Assembly (NCBI GenBank): GCA_963700285.1
Contig: CAVOXA010000009.1
Location: 96,001-160,000, forward strand
Length of the DNA: 64,000 nt
Direction: 5' to 3'
Source of the DNA: an uncultured Chloroflexia bacterium
GTDB lineage: Bacteria > Chloroflexota > Anaerolineae > JAAYZQ01
Numbering within the stretch: position 1 is the stretch's first letter; each line of letters opens with the position of its first letter. This document shows positions 8,763-18,746 of this stretch, piece after piece. The notes below the pieces were generated by a model. The model saw only the letters and a list, made by a program, of their open reading frames with translations. It ran no database searches and had not been told where the DNA came from. The translations under genes were made by a program, and so were the position numbers.

Positions 8763-9827
8763 TCAGCTCTGGAGTGTGAAGGGCTCGTACTCCCTGGCAC
8801 AGGGTTGGCCCAAAGTGAGATAGAGTGTACGCGCTGCGAGGTCCATGATCACCGAAGCCCGGGTGGCTGTCTGCTGCAAAGGTGGTTCACTGTGGTCGGC
8901 GTGGCGGCAGATGGCATAGGCCCCGTGGGCGTGGTCGGTGAGAATGGCGCGCATGGTCTCCTGGGAGATGCCCTCCCGGGCTGCGGCCAGCAAGCGCCGC
9001 GCTCGGGCCGCTCTGGCAACGGTGCTTCTTGAAGTACGGATCCCAGCGTCCCCCTGGCGAAGCCGCACGGATTCAAAGTGATTGGCGTGGACGAGCCACC
9101 CAGCGTCGCCGTAGACAAAGTCGGCGTCGGTGGCGGTGAGTTCCAGATCCAGGATCTCGCCCTCTGCGTGGGCGAGTGGGATGTTGGCCGCCCCGCCCCT
9201 TGGCACGCTGAGGGCGGCGTGGATCGCATCGCCCAATGCTTCGCAGCTCAACATCTGGCGCAGAATCACGTGTATGGGGAGCCCCATACCCTCGTTGGTG
9301 TGCTCCAGAAAGTTGAGACCAACCCCCAAGCCAGCGCTGTTCAGCCCAATCTTGCCGAGCTGTCCGGCTTCGGTGAGGGTCAGGATCTCCAGCCCATCGG
9401 GCTGGCAAATGTGGAGCAGGATAGGCTCTGCTTCCACGGCGGTGTACCAGTCCCAGTTCTGACCTAGCAGTACGCGGCCCTGGCTGGTAGCTTCGGGCGC
9501 CGCGATCAGGGCCGTGCACTCTGATGCCGCCAACATCAGCTCTGAGCGCGCGTTGATGAGAAGTACCTCTGTCAGGTCACAGCCGGCGCCTTCTGCTATA
9601 CCTTTCATCTCCTGCCACAGGTCGGGGGCGTGGGTTTCGATAACCGGACCAAATGCCTCGGAGGCTTGCAAGGCCGCCGCTCGCCCCAGACCACTGTGAA
9701 AGGCGAGCAGACGCAAATAGTCCTCGATGTTCTGCCGAATGGAATGAGCAACGCATGCGCCGTACTGGCGCCCGCGTTCAAGGGCTTCTCCCTGGACCTT
9801 GACGACCTGGAGTTTTCTACTGTTCAT
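8763..9827 (-). CDS. Peptidase C45 family Ntn hydrolase / acyltransferase
   Basis: ERGRQYG, INARSE, SECT nucleophile, GQNWDW, GLNSAG, HANHF; ATG at 9827 with GAGGAG RBS. Confidence 0.88.
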   Translation of the reverse strand: MNSRKLQVVKVQGEALERGRQYGACVAHSIRQNIEDYLRLLAFHSGLGRAAALQASEAFGPVIETHAPDLWQEMKGIAEGAGCDLTEVLLINARSELMLAASECTALIAAPEATSQGRVLLGQNWDWYTAVEAEPILLHICQPDGLEILTLTEAGQLGKIGLNSAGLGVGLNFLEHTNEGMGLPIHVILRQMLSCEALGDAIHAALSVPRGGAANIPLAHAEGEILDLELTATDADFVYGDAGWLVHANHFESVRLRQGDAGIRTSRSTVARAARARRLLAAAREGISQETMRAILTDHAHGAYAICRHADHSEPPLQQTATRASVIMDLAARTLYLTLGQPCAREYEPFTLQS

Positions 9828-9846
9828 AGATCTGGCGCTCCTCGAA

Positions 9847-11697
9847 CTATGCTTGACTCTCCAGTCCCAGGATTTCCAGGCGTTCCGGAGTTGGAATACC
9901 TTCGGGTGTCCAGCTCCGAGCACGGTAGTAATCCCCAAGAATCAGGTCCAGGTTGGGCAGCACGCCTTCCGCACCACCTGAGGGCCGGGGCTCGTTCAGA
10001 AATCGCTGGGGCAGGGTGTCGTCGGCTGCAGTGATGCCCAACCTCAGATTGACGAGTCGCTTGAGATTGAACAACCGCTCGCCTGCCTGTAGGATATCCT
10101 CAGCATCCCAGTCCCAGCCCATGGCGGTGTTCACCAGTGCAGCCAGGTGCCGGGGTTCGCACTTGCCCTTGGCAATGAACTTGCAGAGACCCAGCGGATT
10201 GTAGACAGCCATATAATTCTGAAAGTCGGCGGTCACGACCCCCTTGCCGGTGCTATCATGGGGATCATATTCCTCAGGATTATACCAGCCATCAAAACGG
10301 GCGCCGTAGCCTAGCCAGTAGGAAAGTGACTCCAGGTGGCAGGCGCCGCGGGAGGCTGTCGCATAGTTGGCAGACATGCTCACAAAGGCGCGCGGGTCGT
10401 GGTAGGGTACTTCCATCCCCTTGACGTGGATGGCGAAAGCTTCAGTCTCTGGTCCGATACGCGCAGCCGCAGTCCGCACACCATCGGCCAACAGAAGGCC
10501 GATGCCCTCGCGCCGGGCGATGGCGTGGATGGCCTCAGCCATTGCCTCGGCATTGCCCCAGGTGAGATCCAGACCGCCAGTCTCTTCTTGTGTGATCATC
10601 CCCTTTTCGTAGGCTTCCATGGCAAAGGCTATGGATGAGGAAGTACTGATAGTGTCCATCCCGTAGCGGTTGCAGAGGTCGTTCATGTAGGCGATGGCCT
10701 GTACGTCGTCGCACTGGCAGTTGCCGCCAAAGCCTGCCAGGGTTTCATATTCAGGCCAGTGGCCGTGAACGCCAGCATAGGGGCCATCCTCGATCTTGGC
10801 CGTCTTGCCACAGCCGATAGGGCAAGAGAAGCAACGGGTGTGCCGCTCAAAGATCGTCTCGGCCATGTGCTGCCCTGAAATACGCGCTGCCTCGTCCTTC
10901 CAGTTGCCCAGCGTCCAGTTCTTGAGGGGTAGGTCTCCGGTGAGTTCTGTGGCTGGCACACCACCTGCTGTGCCGAGCTGGGTCATTCCCAGAGAGTTCT
11001 CCTGGATGAAGCCATTCATCTCCTTGACAAGGGTACGAAAGGCATTCATGTCAGGATACTCGGGGCGATCTTTGCCACGAACGACAATGGCTTTGAGGTT
11101 CTTGGAACCCAACAGAGCCCCCATTCCGCCCCGGCCGGCGGTTCGGGCATGCTCCTGCCCACCTTGCATGACATTGGCGAATCGCACAAGCTTTTCTCCG
11201 GCGGGACCAATGCAAGAGAGTTGGGCCTTGGCGTCGGTCTCGGCGCGGAGTCTCTCAAAGGTCTCAAAATGATCCAACCCCCAGAGATGGGCGGCACTGC
11301 GGATCTCTACCTCACCGTCATGGATCCAAAGGTAGACAGGCTCTGCCGCACGACCTGTGACAATCAGCCCGTCAAAACCGGAGAAGCGCAGTTCCGCGCC
11401 CCAGTGGCCGCCCATATTGGCCTCGTTCCAGATGCCGGTCAGGGGCGACCGCCCGCACCAGGAGCTTCGACATCCGGTCGGTGCAAAAGTACCGCTCAAC
11501 AGGCCGTTGAAGGCCAGAAGCGGACTCGCAGGATCCAGCGGATCAAGGCCGGGATCCATCTCCTCGAAAAAGATCTTGGCTGCCAAGCCGCTGCCCAAAA
11601 GAAAGCGGCGTACGTCGGCGTCATCAATCGACTCAACGCGACAAACACCGCTGCTCAGATCAACTCGAACCAGTTTACCTGCATACACGTGTGGCAT
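9847..11697 (-). CDS. aor: Aldehyde:ferredoxin oxidoreductase (tungsten AOR family)
   Basis: RVDLS, SPLTG, GRGGMGA..GSKNLKAI, CFSCPIGC, PEYET, G.DTIS, HVKGME.P.HDPR, RGACH. Confidence 0.92.
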   Translation of the reverse strand: MPHVYAGKLVRVDLSSGVCRVESIDDADVRRFLLGSGLAAKIFFEEMDPGLDPLDPASPLLAFNGLLSGTFAPTGCRSSWCGRSPLTGIWNEANMGGHWGAELRFSGFDGLIVTGRAAEPVYLWIHDGEVEIRSAAHLWGLDHFETFERLRAETDAKAQLSCIGPAGEKLVRFANVMQGGQEHARTAGRGGMGALLGSKNLKAIVVRGKDRPEYPDMNAFRTLVKEMNGFIQENSLGMTQLGTAGGVPATELTGDLPLKNWTLGNWKDEAARISGQHMAETIFERHTRCFSCPIGCGKTAKIEDGPYAGVHGHWPEYETLAGFGGNCQCDDVQAIAYMNDLCNRYGMDTISTSSSIAFAMEAYEKGMITQEETGGLDLTWGNAEAMAEAIHAIARREGIGLLLADGVRTAAARIGPETEAFAIHVKGMEVPYHDPRAFVSMSANYATASRGACHLESLSYWLGYGARFDGWYNPEEYDPHDSTGKGVVTADFQNYMAVYNPLGLCKFIAKGKCEPRHLAALVNTAMGWDWDAEDILQAGERLFNLKRLVNLRLGITAADDTLPQRFLNEPRPSGGAEGVLPNLDLILGDYYRARSWTPEGIPTPERLEILGLESQA

Positions 11698-11919
11698 TCT
11701 CAGGCCTCCCACTTCAGCGTGAGTTGTGCGTGCCGGCCGCTCATTCTGAGCGCAAACCATGCCCAACCACGTGGGACCAGCACAGTAGGGGAATTATACC
11801 CGAAAACGATGGCCGTGTCCAAAAGCCACAGGCTCAAATCTTTGCTGGGCGTGCCGCGGAGGCGAGGGCTATGTGGAGACACATGAGCAACATTCTATTG
11901 CGTAATTTGACATAGTCAT

Positions 11920-11948
11920 TGGACATCTCGTGGCAAATGTGCTAGAAT
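11920..11948 (+). promoter_or_regulatory. sigma70-type promoter for the protease-inhibitor pair
   Basis: TGGACA-17 bp-TAGAAT with extended TG. Confidence 0.55.
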
Positions 11949-12067
11949 CCTTCTAGATCAGAGAATGACGCTGTTACTGGCGGCAGCCGCCAGGCGGTAG
12001 GAAGGTCAGGTAGCTTCATGCTGACCGATTCCTGGCGCCGTGGCTGTATCCCAGAAAGGAGCTTGTC

Positions 12068-13021
12068 ATGTCACAAGACGACCTTGCAGTTCTTCAACGG
12101 ACCATTGAAGGCAAAGGGCATACCTGGCGAGCCGGACCCACCTCACTGACGGCACTGCCGCCCGAGGAGCAAGAGCGGCGTTTGGGTCTGCGCCTGGAGC
12201 CTCGGGAAATGGAACGCCTTGCCTCCCTGCTGGAAGCACCAGCCGAGCGTGCGGCACAATTCCCTCCGGCCTGGGACTGGCGCGACGTAGAGGGATCCGA
12301 CTGGACCACACCGGTCCGCGATCAGCGAGGCTGCGGATCGTGCGTGGCCTTTGGGACTGTGGGCGTGATGGAAGCAATGCTCAAGCGTCACCAAAACGAC
12401 GCAGCGCTGCAGCCAGACCTGTCAGAGGCCCACCTCTTTTTCTGTGGCTGTGGTGACTGCTGCGACAAAGGCTGGTGGCCCAGCTATGCACTGAACTATG
12501 CCAAGAGCAGTGGTGTGCCAGATGAGGATTGTTTCCCCTACCAGGATTTTAACCTGCCTTGCTCGGAGGCGTGCAGTGACTGGCATGGACGAGCGGTCAA
12601 GGTAGCAAGCTGGCAGGAACTGGCTGACCTGGGGTCGCGAAAGGAGTGGCTGGCCAATAGGGGCCCTGTCATCGGCTGCCTGTCAGTCTATAGGGATTTC
12701 TTTAGCTATACCGGTGGTGTGTACCGTCATGCTACGGGCGATCTGGCTGGCTACCACGCCGTCTGCGTCGTTGGCTACTCGGAGGCGGAGCAGGCGTGGA
12801 TCTGCAAAAACAGTTGGGGCACCGACTGGGGTGATGCGGGCTGGTTCAAGATTGGCTATGGGGAAAGTGGGATGGATACCGAGTTCGCCATGTATGGTGT
12901 TGAGGAGGTTGTACCGCCAGGTACGGATCCGGAACCCGAGCCAGACCCTGAGCCCGCGCCCGGCGGTGGGTGCAACCTCGTAGCGCGCCTCGCACGTGTT
13001 TTCCAGAGCAAAGGAGGGTAG
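12068..13021 (+). CDS. Papain-family (C1A) cysteine protease
   Basis: DWR, DQRGCGSCVAF (oxyanion Gln and catalytic Cys), LSE, YHAVCVVGY (His), KNSWG..WG..G (Asn). Confidence 0.93.
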   Translation: MSQDDLAVLQRTIEGKGHTWRAGPTSLTALPPEEQERRLGLRLEPREMERLASLLEAPAERAAQFPPAWDWRDVEGSDWTTPVRDQRGCGSCVAFGTVGVMEAMLKRHQNDAALQPDLSEAHLFFCGCGDCCDKGWWPSYALNYAKSSGVPDEDCFPYQDFNLPCSEACSDWHGRAVKVASWQELADLGSRKEWLANRGPVIGCLSVYRDFFSYTGGVYRHATGDLAGYHAVCVVGYSEAEQAWICKNSWGTDWGDAGWFKIGYGESGMDTEFAMYGVEEVVPPGTDPEPEPDPEPAPGGGCNLVARLARVFQSKGG

Positions 13022-13047
13022 CGGGGCAAGAAGACCAGGAGGAATCC

Positions 13048-13359
13048 GTGCAACGATTTGATAATCCTGCGGGGCCAATCCAGGTTGGGGCAAAAGAGCA
13101 ATTTGCCATTGCCCTGGCGGGCAACCCTACAACCGGCTACGAATGGCAGGCCAGCGTGGATCCCAGCTACCTCGAGTTGGGGATGTCGGCCTTTGAGTCA
13201 GAGGGAAAAGCCGTGGGTTGCGGCGGGCGAGAGGTATTCCAGTTCAAGGCTCTACGCGTGGGTGAGACCGAGGTTGCCTTTGAGTACCGGCGGTCTTGGG
13301 AAAGAGCGCCGTTGGAAACGAGGCGCTGTAAGCTAGTGATAGTAGATAGAGGCCGTTGA
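13048..13359 (+). CDS. Chagasin-family (I42) cysteine protease inhibitor
   Basis: NPTTGYEW, G.GG and Y.R.WE loops; GTG at 13048 after AGGAGG. Confidence 0.9.
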   Translation: MQRFDNPAGPIQVGAKEQFAIALAGNPTTGYEWQASVDPSYLELGMSAFESEGKAVGCGGREVFQFKALRVGETEVAFEYRRSWERAPLETRRCKLVIVDRGR

Positions 13360-13433
13360 GCTGGCTTCTGGTTTGGCAAATCCTGGGCGATACATGCAGA
13401 TACCCGCCTCGCGCCGGATGCCTGCACATTTGC

Positions 13434-14243
13434 TTAGCCGCAGAGCGCCAGCGCGACAATGTCTTCTCCGCCGTCGACAGGAAGGATATGACCTGTCATC
13501 CAAGCAGTGCCGGGCTGCGCCAGGGTCACCAGTGCCTGGGCAACATCCTCGGGGACGGTCATCCGGCCATAGGGATGGCACGTCATCGCAATCTCGATGG
13601 CGGTCTCGTGGCCGGGAATCTGGCGTAGAGCCGGGGTATCGGTAATGCCGGCCTGGATGGCATTGCACTTGATGTTGCGCGGGGCAAGCTCCATCGCGAG
13701 CTGCCGCACGTGGCTCTCCAGAGATGCCTTGGCCGCGCTGACAGCGCCGTAGGAAGGAAAGACGCGGTGGCTGCCGGCGCTGGTCATGGCATAGATACGG
13801 GCATCATCGGCGAACTGATTCCGCCAGACAAGATCCTGGGTCCAGTAAACCAGGCTGTGGGCCATCACGTCCAAGGTCATCTCCATCTGGACTTTGCTCA
13901 GGCTTTCGTCAGCGTTTTCCGCGATAAAGGGCCGAAGAGAACCAAAGGCCAGGGTGTGCAGGAGGAGTTTTACCTGGCCTTCACCAATTTCAGCACGGAC
14001 CTGGTCAAGAGTCTTCCGCCGTCGCTTTTCATCGGCGGCGTTGACGTTGAAAAAGAGGGCCTGCTGCTGGTTGGCCTCTACATCAGCCAGCACGGCCTTG
14101 GCACGTGACAGCGTTGCCTTGGTGTCCAGGTGAATGCCAATGATGTCCATGCCCGCTGCTGACAAGGCGCGACTGCAAGCCGCGCCAAACCCGCTTGAAG
14201 CACCCAAGATCAACGCCCAACCCGAAAGAGTCTTTTCGCTCAA
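13434..14243 (-). CDS. SDR oxidoreductase, FabL-like enoyl-ACP reductase
   Basis: LILGASSGFG, YGAVSAAK (Yx6K), TDTPAL, VDGG; TTG at 14243 after GGAGG. Confidence 0.78.
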   Translation of the reverse strand: MSEKTLSGWALILGASSGFGAACSRALSAAGMDIIGIHLDTKATLSRAKAVLADVEANQQQALFFNVNAADEKRRRKTLDQVRAEIGEGQVKLLLHTLAFGSLRPFIAENADESLSKVQMEMTLDVMAHSLVYWTQDLVWRNQFADDARIYAMTSAGSHRVFPSYGAVSAAKASLESHVRQLAMELAPRNIKCNAIQAGITDTPALRQIPGHETAIEIAMTCHPYGRMTVPEDVAQALVTLAQPGTAWMTGHILPVDGGEDIVALALCG

Positions 14244-14259
14244 GATCTTGCCTCCGTGC

Positions 14260-15984
14260 TCAGTAGGGATCTTCCAGGATGAGGTCCTTTGCCTCAATAG
14301 GAGCCGGATCACTGGCCTGTAGCATTGCCATCCTGCCGCGGAACTTGGGCAGCGTCTCGGCTATGTAGATCCGGGCCAGCCCTCGCTTTCGATCGGATGA
14401 ACGCGCCTGCTGCAGGGTCAGCCACGAGGTAAGTACATAGATGGCCATGTCGGCCAGATCGGCCGCATAGTAGTCGACCAGAGCGCGATTATCCTGTTCT
14501 TTCATGTGATCGATGGAGCGGCTGAGCAACTCGGTGGCTTCTTCAACCTGGTCCTTCAGCCCTGCCAGCTCCGGCCCATAGTCCTGGTCTGCCCATTCCT
14601 TCAACAATCTATCCAGCGAATGGCCTAGCAGCCCCCCGGTGGCGGCCACGATCTGAAGCTGGCTCGTGCCCTCGTAGATGCTGGTAACGCGGACGTCGCG
14701 GAAGTGACGCTCTACGTTGAACTCTTGCATGTAGCCGGTGCCGCCATGAACCTGCATGGCCTGGTAGCAGACCCGGTTGCCCATTTCTGTGGAGTGGTAC
14801 TTGGCCAGAGGCGTAAGCACCGCTGCCAGACGATCGGCCTCCTTGAGCAGCAGGTGTTGCTCTTTGCTGAGTTTGCCTCGCGCTTTGAGGCGCTCGTACG
14901 TGTTTTTTCGATCAACCCAATGACCAGCCTCAAGGACCAACGCCCGTGTTGCCTGGATCTCGGCCCGCATCGATAGGAGCATGCGATAGACAGCCGGAAA
15001 GTCATCAATTGACTGGCCAAACTGGATGCGCTTCTGAGCGTACTGGTATGCCTCGCGATAGGCGGCCTCAGCGATGCCGACCGCCTGGGCTGATACCCCA
15101 AGCCGGGCTCCGTTCATCAGCGCCCAGGTATATCGAATCAGGCCGTACCGGCGCTTGCCCACCAAGCGCGCCGGTGTGTCGCAGAACTGAATCTCGCAGG
15201 TAGGGGAGCCATGGAGGCCCATTTTGTTCTCGGTGCGGCGGATGTGTACCGTCTCATCGGCTTCCACCTCAAACAAGCTGAGACCACGAGCGTCGGTGGA
15301 ACCTTGCTCGGAACGGGCCAGGACCAACAGAACGTCGGCGTTGCCGTTGGTGATGAAGCGCTTGACACCATTGAGCCGCCACTCGCCTGTCTGCTCGTCC
15401 AGCGTGGCACGCGTCTGGACTGCGCCTAAATCTGACCCGGCGTCTGGTTCGGTAAGGACCATCGCCCCAGTCACCTCACCCCGGCCGAATCGGGGCAGAA
15501 TCCGGTCCTTCATCTCGTCGTCGCCATATTCGGCAATGATGGCCGAGACTTCTTGCAGGCCAAAGATCGACATCAACGCCGCATCTGCCCGTCCCAGAAT
15601 CTCGATCATCATCTGGAAAACGCTCTCCGGCAGGTTCAGCCCTCCATATTCCCAAGGCAGCATCGCGCCCATCAGCTCTGCCTGGCGCAAGAGACTGAGT
15701 CCATCCCGGATGGCTGCGGAGTAGACTACGTGCCCGTCTTCAATGTGCACGCCCTCTTCATCTGCTTCGGCTGCCCGTGGAGCGATCTGATTGGCGCAGA
15801 TATCGCCCAGTACTTCCAGGATCAACCTGTAGTTGTCCTTTGCATCCGCATAATTACGGGGTGCACCCGGGTAGTCGGTATGGTAGCGGTACCCGTCTTC
15901 AAGAACCTCAACGATTTCCTCCAGGTGCATTGAATCCAGGTGATACTGCAGATCGAGATTGTCGCTGAAAAAGTTGTCTGTCAT
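14260..15984 (-). CDS. Acyl-CoA dehydrogenase (long ETF-associated type)
   Basis: LTEPDAGSD, NGVKRFITNG, KMGLHGSPT, RIQFG, QVHGGTGY, IYEGTSQLQ. Confidence 0.93.
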   Translation of the reverse strand: MTDNFFSDNLDLQYHLDSMHLEEIVEVLEDGYRYHTDYPGAPRNYADAKDNYRLILEVLGDICANQIAPRAAEADEEGVHIEDGHVVYSAAIRDGLSLLRQAELMGAMLPWEYGGLNLPESVFQMMIEILGRADAALMSIFGLQEVSAIIAEYGDDEMKDRILPRFGRGEVTGAMVLTEPDAGSDLGAVQTRATLDEQTGEWRLNGVKRFITNGNADVLLVLARSEQGSTDARGLSLFEVEADETVHIRRTENKMGLHGSPTCEIQFCDTPARLVGKRRYGLIRYTWALMNGARLGVSAQAVGIAEAAYREAYQYAQKRIQFGQSIDDFPAVYRMLLSMRAEIQATRALVLEAGHWVDRKNTYERLKARGKLSKEQHLLLKEADRLAAVLTPLAKYHSTEMGNRVCYQAMQVHGGTGYMQEFNVERHFRDVRVTSIYEGTSQLQIVAATGGLLGHSLDRLLKEWADQDYGPELAGLKDQVEEATELLSRSIDHMKEQDNRALVDYYAADLADMAIYVLTSWLTLQQARSSDRKRGLARIYIAETLPKFRGRMAMLQASDPAPIEAKDLILEDPY

Positions 15985-17030
15985 TCAGTTTTTTCCTGCA
16001 CTCTGTCCTCGCGATAAACGCGGATCATCTGGGGGATGACAATTCTTAGATCGCCCACAATCCGATAGTCAGCGATTTCGAAAATTGGAGCATTGGGGTC
16101 GGTGTTGATGGCAATGATCTTGCTGGCTTGATCCATGCCAGCGCGATGCTGTACGGCTCCAGAAATGCCACAGGCAATGTACAATCGAGGGCGCACAGTG
16201 ACACCAGTTTGCCCAACTTGGTGTTCCTGAGAGACAAAGCCGGCGTCCACGGCTGCACGGGAAGCTGCTACCTCCCCGCCAAGCACGCTGGCAAGCTCAA
16301 AGATAAGGGCAAAGTTCTCCTTGCTGCCAACCCCCATGCCCCCGGCGACAATGACCGCCGCATTCTTGAGATCAACGCTGGGAAGCCGGATCTCTCGCTT
16401 GAGCACCCGCAGTGCCAGATCACGCTCTGCAAAGTGGGGCGTGATTTTTTCGATCACGCCCTGGCGCTTCTTGTCAGGATCGTTCAGCTTCATCACACCT
16501 TCACGCACGGTGGCCATCTGAGGATGCATCTCGGGGTTGACGATGGTGGCGATGATGTTGCCACCAAAGGCCGGTCGAATCTGGTACAAAAGATCCTTGT
16601 AGATCTCGCCCCTACGCTCAAAGTCACCGATCTCGAGATCGGTGCAGTCGGCTGTCAGACCGGCTCCGGTGGCGCTGGCGATCCGCGGGGCCAGGTCACG
16701 CCCGATGGGCGTGGCACCCAACAGGATGATGTAGGGTTGCTGCTCCTCTACCAGGCCTGTAGCGACCCGGGCATATGGCATGGTGCGATACGTGGCCAGT
16801 TCAGGGTGATCGGCGACGAGCACGCGGTCCGCACCATAGTGAATGGCCTGCTGTGGCAGTTCGGCGATTTCGTGGCCCAGCAGAAGGGCCGTGACCTTGC
16901 CATCAAGCTCCTCGGCCAGCTCGCGTGCCTTTCCCAGCAGCTCCAGGCTGACGGGTGCAACCTTGCCCTCTTCCTGTTCGATAAAGACCCAGATGTCTCG
17001 CGTCACTGTCATCGCTGCATCCTGCCTCAC
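15981..17030 (-). CDS. etfA: Electron transfer flavoprotein alpha subunit
   Basis: [34 protein letters not shown]; alternative start at 17012. Confidence 0.93.
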   Translation of the reverse strand: MRQDAAMTVTRDIWVFIEQEEGKVAPVSLELLGKARELAEELDGKVTALLLGHEIAELPQQAIHYGADRVLVADHPELATYRTMPYARVATGLVEEQQPYIILLGATPIGRDLAPRIASATGAGLTADCTDLEIGDFERRGEIYKDLLYQIRPAFGGNIIATIVNPEMHPQMATVREGVMKLNDPDKKRQGVIEKITPHFAERDLALRVLKREIRLPSVDLKNAAVIVAGGMGVGSKENFALIFELASVLGGEVAASRAAVDAGFVSQEHQVGQTGVTVRPRLYIACGISGAVQHRAGMDQASKIIAINTDPNAPIFEIADYRIVGDLRIVIPQMIRVYREDRVQEKTE

Positions 17031-17929
17031 AAGATATAGTCCTGAACCAGTTCATGAACCAATTCAGAGAGGCCGGCTTGGCTAGCCTCAAATTCCTTGC
17101 TCCCGTCACCTTCCAGGACAACATAATTGACCTTGAGCACCTTTGTCGGAGAACCATCCAATCCGACTCTGCTGTAATCAGCACCTACATCGGCGCCATT
17201 CCACACCGTGATTCTAAGGTCGCGTTCGCCAAGGTACTGGTCCAGCGCCTCTTCTGTCCCAAACTCTGGCCACGTCTGGAGGAGCGCAGAGTATTCAAGC
17301 GGTGTGGCGGCAAGCTTGTGGGTAATCATGCGCCGGACCGAGGGGGGGCGGGGCTGGTTTGCCGTGCTAACCACCGTCAGCAGACAGGGCAAGCTGCATT
17401 CGACGACTTCGATACCCAGAGGGAAGGCTCTCTGCACGACGATCTTTTGATCTTGCAAGGACTCGATGGATTCTGCATAAGTTATCTGTGGCAGATCCAG
17501 CTTTTCCGCCACCTGAGGACCGACCTGAGCGGTGTCGCCATCTATGGCCTGCCGTCCGCAGAATAGGAGGTCGTAGCCACCCAATCGGTCGCCGATGCGT
17601 TCGACGGCGCACTTGAGGACGTAGGAGGTGGCCAGCGTATCTGAGCCCGCCGTCTTGCGATCCGTGAGCAGGATCACCTGGTCTGCGCCACGATATAGCG
17701 CCTCGCGCAAGACGGCAGCGGCGCGCGGTGGTCCCATGGTCACGACCGTGACATGACCGCCGTAGCGGTCCTTCACCTGAAGGGCCATCTCCAGGGCATT
17801 TAGATCCTCTGGGTTGAGGATGGCGGGCAAGGCGGCACGGTTGACCGTGCCATCGTCTTTCATCGCTTTGCCTGTGATATTGGCTGTGTCGGGTACCTGT
17901 TTGACCAATACCACGCAGTTATACGGCAT
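17027..17929 (-). CDS. etfB: Electron transfer flavoprotein beta subunit
   Basis: VKQVPD, NPED..ALE, TMGPP, GRQAIDGDTAQVGP, GL.GSPT.V. Confidence 0.93.
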   Translation of the reverse strand: MPYNCVVLVKQVPDTANITGKAMKDDGTVNRAALPAILNPEDLNALEMALQVKDRYGGHVTVVTMGPPRAAAVLREALYRGADQVILLTDRKTAGSDTLATSYVLKCAVERIGDRLGGYDLLFCGRQAIDGDTAQVGPQVAEKLDLPQITYAESIESLQDQKIVVQRAFPLGIEVVECSLPCLLTVVSTANQPRPPSVRRMITHKLAATPLEYSALLQTWPEFGTEEALDQYLGERDLRITVWNGADVGADYSRVGLDGSPTKVLKVNYVVLEGDGSKEFEASQAGLSELVHELVQDYIL

Positions 17930-18746
17930 CGTGTCCTCCAAATTGCATGTCGCCGGCGAAAGACCGAGGATGAAGGAAGGTCATAAACTCTTCCTGAGAG
18001 ACCCCGCACCGCTCCAAATCCTCAAACTGGCGGATGAATTGACCGCCGATGGAGCGTACGGGATGGCCAAAGCTGACTCCGGTGACTACAGTGGCTCGAT
18101 CGTGTGCTCTGACGATCCGCTGCTTATAGTTCGCATGGACCGGGCATTCGGTGGTACAGATGAATCGCGTGCCCATCTGGATGCCCGCCGCTCCCAGAGC
18201 CAGGGCCGCCGCCAACCCCCGCCCGTCGGCGATCCCGCCAGCAGCGATGACGGGCAGGTCTACGGCATCCACTACCTGGGAGACCAAGGTCATTGTCGCA
18301 ACGTCACCGACATGGCCGCCCGACTCCATTCCCTCGGCGATGAGCGCATCCACTCCCAGGCGCGACATCCTCCGGGCGAGGGCAACCGAGGCAACGACCG
18401 GGATAACGCGAATGCCCGCTCGCTGCAGTGGCGGCAGGTAGGGCCCTGCGTTTCCGCCTCCAACGGTGACTACTGACACGCCCTCGTCGATAAATACCTG
18501 GAGGATTTCCTCCACCCCGGCTGCGAAGAGTGGGACGTTGGCTCCAAAGGGCCGATCGGCCAGTGAGCGTACGTGCCGCAACTCGCGGCGGACAATGTCG
18601 ATGGGGGAATCGCCTGCACCCACAACGCCCAGCCCGCCGGCGTTGGAGACGGCTGCGGCCAACTCTGCTGATGCCGCCCAGGCCATACCGCCCTGCAGGA
18701 TGGGGTGTTCGATGCCCAACAGGTCACACAACGATGTCCAGATCAT
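17919..18746 (-). CDS. fabK: FabK / nitronate monooxygenase-family flavoenzyme, apparently C-terminally truncated
   Basis: PILQGGM, AVSNAGGLG, EG.ESGGH, PVIAAGGIADGRG, GTRF; ends at 275 aa without the usual G..AGQ tail. Confidence 0.7.
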   Translation of the reverse strand: MIWTSLCDLLGIEHPILQGGMAWAASAELAAAVSNAGGLGVVGAGDSPIDIVRRELRHVRSLADRPFGANVPLFAAGVEEILQVFIDEGVSVVTVGGGNAGPYLPPLQRAGIRVIPVVASVALARRMSRLGVDALIAEGMESGGHVGDVATMTLVSQVVDAVDLPVIAAGGIADGRGLAAALALGAAGIQMGTRFICTTECPVHANYKQRIVRAHDRATVVTGVSFGHPVRSIGGQFIRQFEDLERCGVSQEEFMTFLHPRSFAGDMQFGGHDAV

